Shown: piece after piece, positions 38,683-52,414 of the stretch | How the letters are laid out: every line of letters begins with the position of its first letter | How positions within the stretch are numbered: position 1 is the first letter of the stretch | Source: Marsupella aquatica | Lineage: Eukaryota; Plantae; Marchantiophyta | Assembly: GCA_973895155.1 (NCBI GenBank) | Contig: OZ316896.1 | Location: forward strand, 16,790,754 to 16,854,753 | Direction of reading: 5' to 3' | DNA length: 64,000 nucleotides | The notes under the pieces: generated by a model | Told to the model about the DNA's origin: nothing | Databases searched by the model: none | The model's input: only the letters and a program-made list of their open reading frames with translations | Program-made: the position numbers and the translations under genes

Positions 38683-39744
38683 CTTGTCTTTCAGTCCTTC
38701 CTTTCACTCCAACTCAGATCACACCTTTCCACCTCCACCTTCAACCTCCTCCTTCACCTCCTCCTTTTGTTGCCGCTTCAAACCTCAACCTTCAACCCGC
38801 AACAACGGATTCCAGGTGCAGATCTCGGGACAGAGATCTCAGGACGTCACACCATCCATCTACTACTGTACCTTCCACTCGTTACACCTCGCTCTCTGGC
38901 TGGCTGGCTCTCCCTTAAGCAACAGTAGCAGCGCCAGCAGAACGAGCACCACAGCAGCACAAGACCACCGCACTCTCCTCCACCTCCTCCGACCTGCGAT
39001 GCATTCTAAGCATCATCCGCACGCAGCTAATCAAATCATTCTTCCGATGGAACCATGAGCTAATCTTGATACCCAACAAAGCCTTTCCTGCTCGATCACG
39101 TAGAATGCAGCCACGAATTCCTCCCTTCACCTCCGAATCGACCCTCTGCCTATGGATTGGTCATTCCATTCCTGCGTGCCCGCTGAGAGCGAGATCACAC
39201 GAGAGGAGAGCGACTAGCCTGCCGGGCAATCAGTTGCACCGACTTGATCCACAAACACAGAGAGAGGGAGCAAATCAGGATCCAGGAGCAGAAACACACT
39301 TTGCCGGTCGATCCTTTTGCGATTCTTCCGTGGATGGATACTGGATACAGGCAGCACTACTGTAGCTGGATGGATGGATGTCCCTTCCTTTCTTTCCAAC
39401 TGGGCCCTCCTCCTCCTCCTCCTCCCTCCCTCCTCCTCCTCCTCCTCCGCCACTGCTCCCACGTCTTCCTCGTTTCAGCTCCTTTCCTCGGATTGTCTCT
39501 TCCGGTCTGCTGCTCCGCAAGCTCAAAGTGGGCGCAATTTCGTCATTCGTTGCGTGTCCACTCCACACTTTTAGAAATCTTTAAGAGAGTACAGTAGACA
39601 TGCGCAATTCCATTGCGTGTCCAGTCCCACCAATCCCTCAGCTGGATCGATTCTGCAGCGAGAGTGAGCGATCGGAGAGGAGTGCCAGAATAATGTTGTT
39701 GATCAGTCAAGAGAATTGGCAGAGGATGGGACAGCGAGTCTTAG

Positions 39745-41030
39745 TATCGGGTAGGGTCGGTTTGGGTTGGGTTCGGTTGTTGGTTCGGGCGAGACTTTGT
39801 ATCGGGTTGTTGGTTCGGGCCGGGCCGGGGTGCCCTGGGAGCTCGTGCTGGGGCCCACTACGGAACCTCGAATCTTTCTGTCCAGCCCGAGAAATACTGC
39901 ATTGTAGAGGATAGAGGACATATTAATTATTGGCTCGTGGTTTTTGGTCGGGTCGTGTCGGGCCGGGTTGCCCTGGGGCCTGGGAGCTCTTGTTGGGGCC
40001 CACCACAGAACCTCGAATCTTTCTCCTCTCCAGCCCAAGAAATACTGGATGAGGGGCATATTGGGTACCGGTAAGGTATTGTAGTGGATGAAGGGCATAT
40101 TGGGTACCGGTAAAGTATTGCAGTGGATGAAGGCGTATTGGCTACCGGTTCAGGTAGAGACTCTTGTAAATTTTGTGGACAAAATTTCATATCATCAATT
40201 CATTCAAAACACTTGTATTAGTTTTCACTTGTGTTCCTACCTTTCTTGGCTCTCTGGCCTGACCTTCATGTCCCCCATTTTGAGATGTTCAGAAGGGGTG
40301 GAGACAAGTTTATGCCTCCTGGTAAGTGCACATCAAAATGTGACAATGTATGGTGTACTACATCATTGAGTATATTCTAATATGTATCTAGCTGTCTGTT
40401 TTGGAAATGCAATTACGGGGACACCAAGATTATGGGTTAGCTTAGTGTACAAGGTCCCCATGACATGACATAGATGATAAAGGGTTCAAGCGTTAAGGGT
40501 TGGAGAAGCTCCCATATACCACAACATTTGACAAAATTGTTCAGATATATTGCTTGCAACCCACATAGACCATTCTGCAATATTAATTTTTACAAGGATT
40601 GGTACCTTTTTGGTATTAATAATTGTTCAACTGTTTGAGTGCCAGAAGTGCTTGCTCCATGTGAGTTCGATTGGCCGGACTGAGCCGGGCCGCACTGGGC
40701 CGGCAGAGGGGCTTCTTGTTGGGGCTCAAACATTTCTATCCGGCCCTGCAAAATAGAATGGACTTAGGGCTTAGAGAAGCTCCCATATATCACAATATTT
40801 GACAAGATGGTTGGACGGACTATTCCCACCTGCATGGACCCTCGTGAAACATTATTTTATCTTAGACACCACCTTTCTTTTGGATGGTGTTCACGAGGGT
40901 GTTCATCGTTTTGGGTGTCCAAAAGTGCTTATCCATCGGAGTTCGGTTGGGCCAGGCTGCCCTGGGGCTTTCTTGAGGGTCCACCATGGAACCTGTAACC
41001 TTTATCCCACTAACTATTGCAGAGGATAAA
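39745..41030. repeat. Transposon-like repeat region with a recurrent GC-rich unit
   Basis: GGGCCGGG...CCCTGGG..GCTC..G.TGGGGCCCAC.AC.GAACCTCGAATCTTTCT..CCAGCCC occurs at ~39815 and ~39960, with degenerate copies at ~40690 and ~40950. A 40-bp duplication lies at 40046/40085. Confidence 0.65.
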
Positions 41031-44000
41031 GGGGAAGGGGCAAAGGGAAGTTCCCATGGACCATGACGTCTGACAAAACGCTAGATTGTTGCACTTTGGT
41101 CACAAGAATTTTGAAAATTAAAGTGGGTCTCTATCTGCTATTCCATACCACCCAAAGACACATATAACCCAAAGACTGAATAAACACACTTTGCAGTGAG
41201 GTCCCACAGTTGGACTTCATTTTGTTCAAGCTACCCAAATGTTTTTCAAGATACTTGGATGGACTGTTGCAGCCCGCATGGACCACTCTAAACCACCATT
41301 TTCTACTCAGATAGCACCTTTCTTTGGTTGAGTGCTCATCTTTCTGGCTGCCAAAATGTGCTTGCTCCATGGGAGTCTCAAGGTCTAACCTTGTGGTCCA
41401 TCAGAGCATCGACTTCAGGGGGCTAGTACTGTCTTGCTAGCTCTTTTCCATGTAACATGTGGGCACTCAGAGTTACAAGCATGGACAAGATTCATCCTGA
41501 CTCTTTTGCTCGAACGAGATTCAGCTTGCATCCTGGCTGGCATAGGATCTATGCTCGGGATCTATGGAGACATTCATTCGAATCCCCGTTAGATGACATG
41601 GATTTGAAATTAAAGAGAATGAAGCCTCAGATGATACAAAGAGCAGTTTTGGATACCATCCAAATATAAATGTTTGCATGGGGATCCCATCTGAGCTAGT
41701 GGGGAGGCACTCACTTTGGTAGTAGAGTATTGACTTTAAACTTTAAAACTATGCTCAAATTTTTTGATTAAATTGTAGCATGTGGAATGGTGACTGCCAT
41801 ATTAGATCAAGGGCTATAATCAAATGACCTGAACCACAAATCAGGACCAAGTTTTCCTTGAAACATATTTAGTGAGATTTATTACATTGATGTGCTTTAG
41901 CTTGAACTACTGTGCTACCCTTTTTTTTTCCTTAGTCCTTTGCCACGATTTCCCACTGCTGGTTAAGCAAAGTAACTGTAGTCAGTTTTAAATGATCCAA
42001 CAATCAACATCCTACCAAGTTTCATTATCAGGGGATTATCATCATCCTCAACTTAACCTCAACAACCTGGGGGATGGGGCAGCCAGCCAGGAGGGGCCAG
42101 GGCAAGCTGGATGGGGACCAACTGAAGTGAACCCTATGTCAAGGGTTGGAAGTAAATGACCATTTGATGGTGAAACCTGGCCCTATTTTACCTTCAGATT
42201 GTTTCAAGTCAATAAGAGTTACTTTGCTTAGCCATTAGAGCCTGCATTAGATGGTGTATGGATTGATCTTAACTGTTAGAATTTGGCAAAAGGTTTTCTA
42301 AGTAGGCAATTTTCCTAATAGACTCTCAATAGGTCATCTAATAGGCAAATTATCCTATGATTTTTAAGTATTGGCCCTTTGTCAAATTTCCAGCTCCTGT
42401 TTCTGGCTACTAAACTGGTAGACCCCCCTGGCATGCAGCTCACATGAATGCACACGAACTTTACAAGGTAGCAAATGGTCAGGATTGGCAAAGACCACTT
42501 GGCTTTGTGTGCGACAACACTCACAGGGTTACTTGCATACTGTAGTGGGCAACAAACAATGGGCAAGTCTGTTGCTCGCCTTTTCCCAGGGTAGCTCCTG
42601 GGTTTCCCATCAATTGTTAGACCATGGCTGTGAGGCCTCATGTTAGAAACAAAGGGTCATGACGTCGACATCTTCCAATTTCTCCAACTCTTATGGTGTT
42701 TTGATAAGCATGCTTTCAACTCTTAGTGTGTTTATAGATGGACATCACAATATTCTTAAGCATTAGTAGAATTTTGACATGCTAGGAAAATCTGATTACT
42801 AGCCCCAAACGAACTTGCCTAACTCATAGACCAAGGTCGTTGTTATTTACATTTGTGGACGATCGAAATGAACAGTTATCATCGTTTGAGTTCCTCCTCT
42901 GACGCGTGTAAAGATCACTTCACCAAATGATGACCTTATCTTAAAATGTGATGCCAGCCCAGTCCAAAGTACTTGGAGGAAGGTTTTGGTTTTGGTTGTG
43001 TTCTGGTGTCTTCAACCAAATGGCCATCCTTTGCAAACATTGATATGTCACGTCACGCTCCCATTCAATCATCCTTTATTAAAGTTCAATGAAGATAACA
43101 TTTCCAGGCCCCCCAATGTTGGCAGCCAATAGGCGTTGAGGAGAACACCAACACGTTGATGCTCGAAGGATGAGGATAAATCATCGAAATGTACTTTCTG
43201 ATCTTTCAGTTCCATTGGGGACTGTGCCTGGATCAAGTAAACCGTAGATTGACAGACTGATGACCTCAGTGTACCCTCTGATTCTTTTGAGGACTTTGCA
43301 CCACCTTAATTTTTAAGGTTTTTTCATTGTGCTGAAGCAGCGAAGTCACCTTGTGTGAATTCAAGCCAGGATGGACCACCATGTTAGACATAGTGCTCCC
43401 CTGTACCAAATTTTGGTGTTCTATGGGAGTTTGGGGCCTAACTTGACGATGATGAGTCATTATATGATTTTGAGTTTTGCAACGCAACTAGCGAAGGAGG
43501 AGACTTGATAAAACACCAGCCCACATATAGCATGCTCATCATGGAACATGCTTTATTTTTTGTCTTGTAGTGATTTGAAAATAAATAAAATATGAGAGCA
43601 TAGAAGTGCTCTTATATAAATAAAGTGTATGCCAAGAAAACACATACTGTGAAAGGGGGCTGCCAAAATAAGTTCAAAACACTCTAGAATACCTAAAACT
43701 AAAGGGGTCTAAAAATTAATTATAAATATATAGAATACAAAGGCTACCCCTTGATAAGGCAGATTGAAATGAAAATACATGACACAAAAATCTGAATAAG
43801 ACAAAATCTGAAATGTGCATTCACCATATAGTAGCTTCAAAAATTCATTCATGTTAACAAAATGAAAATTAATCTATTCTGAATTACCCCTCCTCATTTT
43901 ATGATGAAAAAGGCAACCAAAATGACAAAAAAAATTCCATGTCACTTGAAGGGAATTATAGCTTATCCACTTCTCTAGCATATCCCCAAACTAAAAAATA

Positions 44001-45525
44001 TCTTAATTAATATCAGGTTATTAAAATTAAAACTGAAATTGCAATTGGAAAAATATGGTCCATGGGGGTTTCAAAAACCAACCTTGTGGTAATTACACCT
44101 TGTACGAAGAAGAATGTGTTAAGTGAACATTGTGTGAAGAAGAATATGTTAAATTAAATTCTGACCTTCATATCTCCTTAGATGATTGTTAGATTTTGCC
44201 TATATTGAAGGATGACTATTAGATTTTGGCTTCTAGTGGCTAATTTGGCTAGAAGTGGCCATGACGTTTTGGAGAGGTGGAATGATTGGAATTTATCCAA
44301 TTCTCGCCACTAGAAAGACAAACTAGGGGATTTTTGCCAAAAGTGGCCAAGAGAGGTGGAATCTAGCCAATTTTCGCCACTCAAAACGACAGCCTAAGTA
44401 ATTTTTGCCAAAAGTGGCAATGACTTTGTAGCGAGGTGGAATCTACAGGTAGCTATTTTTTGCCCGATGTTTTGCCCCTAAAGAAAGAAGCTTCTTTGCA
44501 ACCCTTAGATTCCTGATGAGAGTGCATTATCATACAGCATGTTGAGTCTAATCTCTTCCTCTTTAAACTTATCTCAATAGTATTAAAAAACTTTGTTATC
44601 CCATCGTATTTAAACTTATTGAATAATTATTTGTCATCAAGAAATGCAAATGATTATAAAATTTCAAACGCTGAACAAGGGAGAGAAATAGAGACGGACC
44701 GGTCTAGGACAGAGTGTGCAAGGTAAGGTGGTGCAGGCCAGGGGTGCGGGCCATGGGCGTAAATATAAACTAAATATTATATCAGGAACATCGTTGACAG
44801 CACCATTAGTGTAGCACCTCGGTGCTGGTCTTTGTCTTCCTTTGGGATTGAGAGGTCAGGTGTTCGAGCCCTGCCAATCTTAACCAGTCCCATGACCGAG
44901 AGGGTCGGTCACCATGGGGGGGTCAGTCACCACGGGAAAAAAATTACACAACTACTAGATATGTTAACTCTACCGATCAAATTCATGAATTTGGACACGC
45001 CCAATGTCATTGTCCAATTAGTCTCAAAAAACCAAGAGTTACTTGGGAGTGAGTTGAAGGGAGTGGGTGCGGCATGGAAGAAGAATCCTGTCTTCGAGGA
45101 TTGACTGGTTCTTCACATTAGTGCACTTGTCAACTAGGGCATCTTTGCAGTTCACGAGGCTTTGGGGTCAAATTGGCTAATTAGAGATTGACACTGGAGT
45201 GAACTCAGGCCTGGACAACGTCAAATTTACCACCCAACTTTAGTGTCTTTCCTATCTTTTAATTGTATAGGGAAATTGTATAAGGAATCCAAGACCACTC
45301 AACAAACATTATAATAATTGTTTTCATAACCATGTAAAAAATTATCAGGTAAGGATGCCAAAGAGAATGCCCCCATGGATTACCTTTTAGAAGCCTAAAC
45401 CCTAAACTTCCCAGGAGTATGCATTTATAAACTAATAGACGGTTGCAGGATTTTGGCCACGGTCCTTAAAACAATTGAATGAAGTTGAACACAATTAGTA
45501 CTAGGGCCATCTCTGCATTTGAAAC

Positions 45526-45682
45526 TGTTAGCAGAAACCCAGGTTCCCTGACTATTTCTTACCCTCAATACGGTAGCCGGTAGTTTTTACCAACATGATA
45601 TAACTCATGCCATGACTTGAATGATGTCCACATGGACTTTTTTTGTCCTCCTTAGTGGGCAGGCTCTGGGTTCCTGCTAACA
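45526..45682. mobile_element. ~157-bp MITE with ~30-bp imperfect TIRs
   Basis: TGTTAGCAGAAACCCAG...CTGGGTTCCTGCTAACA. The terminal motif resembles that of the 9741-10806 element. Confidence 0.7.
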
Positions 45683-46863
45683 AGTTTGTTGTGCAAGGCA
45701 AATAAAGGACGATGTAAGTGTTGTGGAGAATGGGGTGCCATCATTTAGAGACATCAAATTCTTATGTACTCACAAATGTACTAGACAAAGAAGTGGGACT
45801 TGGTGTGGATAAGGCCTGGAGTGTTAGCTCGTCTCTCTCCAAATGACATAGAAAGACCCTTGGGATCACACTTATGTTTTTTAATCCCACTACACATCAA
45901 GTCTGAGTTTTTGGGAACATTTTTGTTGATAAGTACCCTGGAAATGTATCCAACCCACGACCTTGGGGGTAAGTCATGGCCAACTGAATGCATTACACAC
46001 TCGCTGAATTGTGCGGGTTGTTGTGCAAAGAATAAGAGTACCTGTAGTACTTTCGCTCTGAAGCTGGGCATATTCTAATTTTAAGGGTCAATTTTCTTAC
46101 CAAAAAAGATCCTTGAGGCTTGTACTCAGCTACAAGACAAACATCTGTTTGGTGCTGTAGGGCACAAGTTGGTGGGGAAAGGATCATCCTAGCCATTCTT
46201 ATGTTTATTTTTACCCATATTTACTCATTAAAGAACACACCACTAAACCATCCCATTGAATATTTTCTCTGATCGTAGCTAAGACTACTTTAATTTTTTC
46301 AATAAATTTTAAGATTACTTTGAGCTTGGTTCTGGCATTTGTTGCTTGTTTAATTTTTGTATGGAGTAGGTGGATACAGTCACCACATTATTGTCTGGGC
46401 TATGTGACGAATCAACTTTCTTGTGGCTGTCACAAGGTTTGTGGGGCCTGAATCTGGTCTGCAAGTTGTTGGAGAATCTATATATCTACTTCATCTCATA
46501 GCTGGTCAATTATGGCTTTATTCTAGTCATGGTCAATGTAATTAGAGTAGTCCCTAACAATTCAATTATGGTGAGTCTCTTAACCAGAGATGGGCCAGGG
46601 TGTCCATGTGCCCAAATTTTCCTAACCATGAGATGGGCTTAAAAATGTCATTGTGCAATTTTTTCATGTCCATTAACTAGCACACTCCCTGAAATCCAGT
46701 TGCCAGACTAACTTACAAATCCCTTGATTGCATCAAATTCCCCAATTGACCCAGTCCTTGAAATCCAAATGCCAGAGAGGCTTGTGGAATCCTCCAGATT
46801 GACCAACTACCAGGGCATATAATTTACGCCTGACAACATTTCCCTTTTGACAATAGTGCATAC

Positions 46864-47290
46864 CACTACCGTCTCCCCCCAAACACAGCGCCATGGTGTT
46901 GCACTGAAAAATGACATTTTGGGTCCTGTCATGAAAACGATATTAATTTGAATTCCAACACAACATCTCCTTAACAGGACGCCCGAGCATTGTGCTTGAG
47001 CTGGATGTTGTGCTCGAGTGTTCTACATTGAGCATAGAAGGGATAAATTTATTAATAGTTTTATCCTATAGAAAATGTTCTACATTGAGAATAGAAGGTA
47101 TAAATTTATACATGATACCCCAACCTCAATATTCGAGGACAACATTGCGCTGCAAGGTATAAATTTATACATCATACCACAACCTCAATATTCTGGGACA
47201 ACATTGTGCAAGGCCAAAAAACAAATAGCCAAAACTCAAATTAAGTGCCATGGCTTGTGTTAGGCGCAGCATTTGGCTATGGTAGTCTTT
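46864..47290. repeat. Second copy of the CACTA-start repeat seen at 32561
   Basis: CACTACCGTCT..CAAACACAGCGCC..AAAAATG..TTTTGGGTCC..ACACAACATCT..GCATTGTG is collinear with 32561-32750. The right boundary is approximate. Confidence 0.6.
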
Positions 47291-49898
47291 TGTATGAGAC
47301 CTCGGCTCGCTTACAGTCAGTGCTCGTCACCTGGCGATGGCACTCACTTATAGTAGCTCTTGTTTCTGACGATTGTTCGATGCATTGCTCGTTCGCTTTG
47401 CTGGATTGCTCGGCACCTTTCCCGAGGTACATTCGTTTGACTCTCTCGCAGAGCTCATTCTTTAATGTGCATAATTCAGCAGACTAGCACATGATTTGGA
47501 TGGGCCAAATGAACTGTTTCCCACCCACATCAAGATGCTAATCTGTAGAGTAGATGCACATGGTTCAGAACTACAGTAGGCGGTCAATTGGCAGCAGCAA
47601 TCTCTGAAATTTTTGACACTGTACATAGTTTAGAGCCCGAGCTGGGTATGGCCTGGTATGGTTTGTTATATTGCCATGGCATCGCACACGAGATCGCAGA
47701 GCAAATGACTGTAGTAATGTTTCTTATCAGTAATCTATTCCTTGCTGGGCTCCATGCCGTGTTGGTGTGTGGTGGTGCTCTGCTTACAGCTCAGGATGCT
47801 GCTTTCCGGATAGAGTAATAAAGGTCTGCCTTCAAAAGTGAAGTGGGAATTTCTTTCCCCTGAGGAGGGTCGGTCGGACAAGGCCAAACCTCATTATGAA
47901 AGTGAGGCTTTTTGTGTATGTGACCTCAAAGCTTTTTCCGGTGCGGTAAAGGCAGACCAATCCAGGCCGAATGACATGATGGACACAAGACCTCCCAGAC
48001 CTGATCTTCAGCCAGGTCCATTCAAAGCTCATCACGCCATATCTGTTCTCTGGCAGATCCAGTACTTGCCAGGAGGAGGATGTGCGTCAGTCTTTCATTA
48101 TGCTGAGGAGAATTCCCATAATCTTCCTAAAGGGCAGCTCGATTGGCCAGCAACAACCACGAGGGAAGTCCATGGCCAAGCTTCGTGGCTCCAAGGCCAA
48201 CAGCATGGATAATCCACTCACCCATTTGATTTCCTTTGAGAGCCACAAACCGCAGAGCTTCGGAGCACAGTAACCTATGGCTGTTGTGGCTCTTGACTAG
48301 GTCAATGCCAAGAGGCACATTAACCAATTCACCTCCTTGCCATCTCTGCTGTTTGTTAAATTATGTCTTCGTCACTTTCCTAGCATAATGAAACTGATGC
48401 TAGCAAAGAAGAAGTTTACTTCGAGGCCCCGCGGACTCTTACCCCCCCCCCCCCCCCTCCAGGGGGAGGCCCCACATAGTTTTACTTTAGTGATCCGGAA
48501 TCCTACTTTTAAGTGTGAAGGGTCGGTCCTGAAGTCGGTTGCGAAAGTAAAATCAAAGTTGGACAATCATTCAATTTGAGGCAAGTCCCCTGAGATTTAT
48601 TTGCGGGTCACATGATTGACCTTACTTAAGGTACCTGTATCTAGTGAATGATGCTCACAGTCCATTTCCACACCCGAAAGGCCATGATTGTCCAGCTTAG
48701 GCCCAACTTCCACAATTGCATTGCAGTTTTCAGCTCGGCTACGATAGAAGCCTGGGTGAGCTTGGTTTTTTCCAATGTGGCAAATTTTCAGTAGAACATC
48801 AGCAGCTCTCGTGGAGCAAGAGATCATCTAGTGACGCACGGTCTCAGGCAACGTAACTCGGAACTTGATCGAGGGACTTCTAATCTCAGGCTGCCGGGAA
48901 GAGCAACACTCGTAAAGAAGTCCAGTGTCGTGAGTCAAAGATTTTGAAAACATACAGTTTCGTTGTAATGAAAAGCCTGTTGCAATATCTCAGCAGGGCT
49001 TGTGGCCTAACTGCTGAAGTCTGCCTTGATTGCCATCGTATCTCCTGGCATTTTGATGCTTACAAATTGCTTCCAAGCATATTTCATCAGGTGTAATACG
49101 GCACAGCACATATACCAGTCCTGCTCGGCCAAGACCAGACCGAAGCTTCAGATAGTGCCAGCATGGACTGTTCTCTGGATCTGGTGAGGACTCAGCTCGT
49201 AGAGGCACTGACGAAAGCAAGTTCTTCAAAATGGGAATTCGATTGAAAGAACTTCCTTAGCATAATTGAGCAAGAGGTTGATGAAACGCATAGAAGCATC
49301 ATCATAAGGTTTCATTCCACGAATAACCAGCGGTTTAGGATTCGCTACGTTGAAATTTCATTTTTCAGTGAACGAGTTGTTGGCCAGTTTGAATATAGCC
49401 CCTGACCTTCAGTAGTCACCAGTTTTTGTGGATTGGGGTCACCGATCTACAGTAACAGCAGGGAAGATCCGGCCTCGCTCCGAACAGGAGCATATCTGAA
49501 AACTTATGTTATGGTCTGACGTAAATTGTTCGTGTTGTGAAATGCAAATCACAGCACTTTCGAGACAGCATTCCCATGAAGTTTGAAAATTGTCCAAACT
49601 CTCATTTGATGCTCAGAACAACAAAGAGGGAAAGATTGAGCGTTGGATTACTACCGGTAAACAAAATACAGAGTCGTTTTTAGAGTGTGGCTGGACTTTG
49701 AAGGGGCCTATGACAATTACTATCAAATTGAAACCCATACACATACATGTGACCTCCTGCATAACTAAGATTTATACATCAAATTCTGTACAAGGAATGT
49801 TGACTCTTCAGTTCAATAAGAAGTTGAATGAACGAGCTATTATGTCGATTTTCCGGTCACCAATTTCCATGGTGTAGAACCCTATGTGAGATCAACAT

Positions 49899-52414
49899 TC
49901 AGGCAACCGCTGGAAAGAGCTCGGACTCCATTGTTGATCCGGGGCCAAGCTTGGCATCGTAACCAGCCTTTTGCCATAGCTGGTACATCGTTCCTAAGAC
50001 ACAAAAACAGTCATCAAGACGAAGGCATGACCTTATTAACCTATCATATCCCACTCGTTGGTGCACTCCACACCACTTCCACCTCAAAAACATCAAATCA
50101 TCAGACATATTGTGAGACGGTCAGACTGGATTACCAGGGCGGGGATCAAATATAACTTTTTCGCCGACCCACCGGGTGGCATAAGCTCGGCGTCGGTTAC
50201 CGCTCTCTGATATTCCGGGTGATCCATGCACAGAAAAACTATGATGTACTAAACAGTCTCCAGGTTCCATGTCCCAGGTTAAAATCTCCACCTGACAGGG
50301 ACAGGAAATATTAGGATATTTTACCAGCACATAGCTCCATTGCCACAGGATCCCAGACCCTAGAATTGAAGAATATCTGGACCTGGCGTTACACTCTCAG
50401 AAGTCTTCGATGTGCCTTGTGTCAGTTTATAAATTTAAAGAAGGCTGGTATTTATAAAACTACAGGGCATGATTGCTAAGGACTAAAGGTTGGAAAATAA
50501 ACGAAGGACCAGTGGTAATATATTATAAAAATGCGGATAACAGCGACAGAAACTCATGCATGTCCCGGGAAGCCAAGAATTATAATACCTGATCGAGCTG
50601 GGTGTCAATATCTGGCATATCTGGTAAAGAGTCTAAATTTGCATCCTGGTACCTTCCTTCGCCTCCAAATGACTTTATCCTGCAGGTGGTGCAATTCGAA
50701 TTTAGACCTAACCCTACGAAGTGTATGGAAGTTATTGCGAAGATTTTAAAGAGCTTCATGACCAGTCTCTTTAAAATCTCGAGACGGGTTTCATGGGCCA
50801 GTCGTCTCGAGATTTTAAAGAGACTGGCCCATGAAACTCAATTCTCCAAACAACTCTAGTGAAGTAACGACTTTAGAGCCCAGCTTGCTAACATTTAAAA
50901 GGTTAAGGTGCATACTTGTGCATAAGCTTCCACTTATGAGAGCCTTTCACATACTGTACGCATGAAGATTTAGGAACATAATCCAACGCAAGCCAAAGTG
51001 AGATGACTTGATCGCCAATCAAGGGCCAATAAGAATGATCGTTATGCCAGGGAGTAGTTGTCCGAGTTCCAGGCTCTTTGATGAAAAGCTGATCATAAAA
51101 CAGGCGAACTTGCTTTGCACTGCTCGAGTCAACAACAAGAAGTGAAGGTCATGGTGTGAACTGCAGAACCCTACGAATATGCCCTCCTTCCCCACATCTT
51201 ACTTCCGTTGAAATTCAGCATGCAGTAACCGTCAGGAGTAAGGTGTAAAGCAAGATTCAGGACATCAACTTTGGAGTAGAGCATTAAGTACTAAAAGAAA
51301 GTAACCCGTGGGAGCCTGTCTGTGTCTATAATCAGTTGCAGACTTCGAGAGCAAATACAGAAATAAACTGAAACGCAAAGTTGCATGCGATATATACATA
51401 AGAATTAGAAAGCTTGCAAAGAGAATCCAGACCGAGTCATAAGCTTTGCTATCTCTCCCACAGGTGACTCGAACAAAAACTTATTCGCAACCTCGTATCT
51501 CGTCCAGAGGAACTGGTCATCGTGAAATCGCCCTGGCTGGAGAAAAGACCAAAACGCATTGCACTACTCGTCAGGTAGTTCACAGAAATCAATTGGTCCG
51601 CCACGACAGACCCTTCATGCGTAATGCCCCGAAGCTCGGGGTTGCAGATGACAATTCAATTGCACAATTGTGTCACTTCTGAAAAGAGCGACAGAAACAC
51701 AATGTGAGGAAAAATCGTAATATACCTCACCAGGCTTTACATGCTCATCGCACAGTGGGCCTGCATCAACCACCCGTTTCTTTCAGCAACTGGCGTCTAT
51801 ATACTCAAAGAAAACAGTGTCGATGACCCACCAGCTTGAGTAGCCGGGTCCGCCACATCTACAGAGCAGATCATGGGTGACGGGACCTTTCAACTATAGT
51901 TTAGCCAACAGAAGTTTTCATATTTAGGTGGACAGATAAGACTATACCAAATGAGTTATGGAGAGCAGTCCTCGTGAAGACGGTATTGTAAGTAAAATTA
52001 GACAAAGGACACAAAAAAGATTCTCTGTGCAAAACAATGATATCAGCTCCTTCGGACTCTTCTGGACCTTGAAGGCAAGAAGCATTCTATGCCAGCTCAG
52101 TAAACGACGTATCCACATCTACAAAGGCAAACCCCAAGCATCCTACAGGTGCATAACTCTGCTTGAGAGAAATTACAGAATACCTGCAGAGACCATATCG
52201 TCCTACCTGGATTCTTCATATTGAGTTCTACGAGATCCCTGAGCTTTTCCACCCAGTCAGGAGAGAAAAGCTGACGAACGACGACGGCTCCATCCTCCTC
52301 AAAGCGCTTCACTGCTTCGTCAGATACGTTGACAGCTGTTGCTGGAGCGGAAGAGAAACAACGATGTTTCAAATCCAGCGCTCGAATTCTGTGGCGAAAT
52401 GCGGTCCTCAACAT
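49899..52414 (-). CDS. Phytanoyl-CoA dioxygenase (PhyH) family 2OG-Fe(II) oxygenase with probable mitochondrial presequence, 7 exons, 297 aa
   Basis: Exons 52414-52207, 51760-51726, 51536-51433, 51119-50916, 50679-50589, 50291-50135 and 49993-49899 are all phase-consistent. Motifs are FEEDGAVVVRQLF, KEPG..TPWHND (HxD), LWLALD, VKGSH, MEPGDCLVH..VHGS and RRRAYATRW. Confidence 0.93.
50751..50839. repeat. Compound palindrome (one full and one truncated ~54-bp foldback unit) in PhyH intron 4
   Basis: 50762-50786 is the exact reverse complement of 50803-50827. GTTTCATGGGCCAGTC and GACTGGCCCATGAAAC form a second, nested inverted pair. Confidence 0.9.

Noticed and set aside
38900-39600. Possible MIRNA locus
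   Set aside because: I recognised no conserved plant miRNA sequence or long hairpin. The region is better explained as the phosphatase 5' leader.
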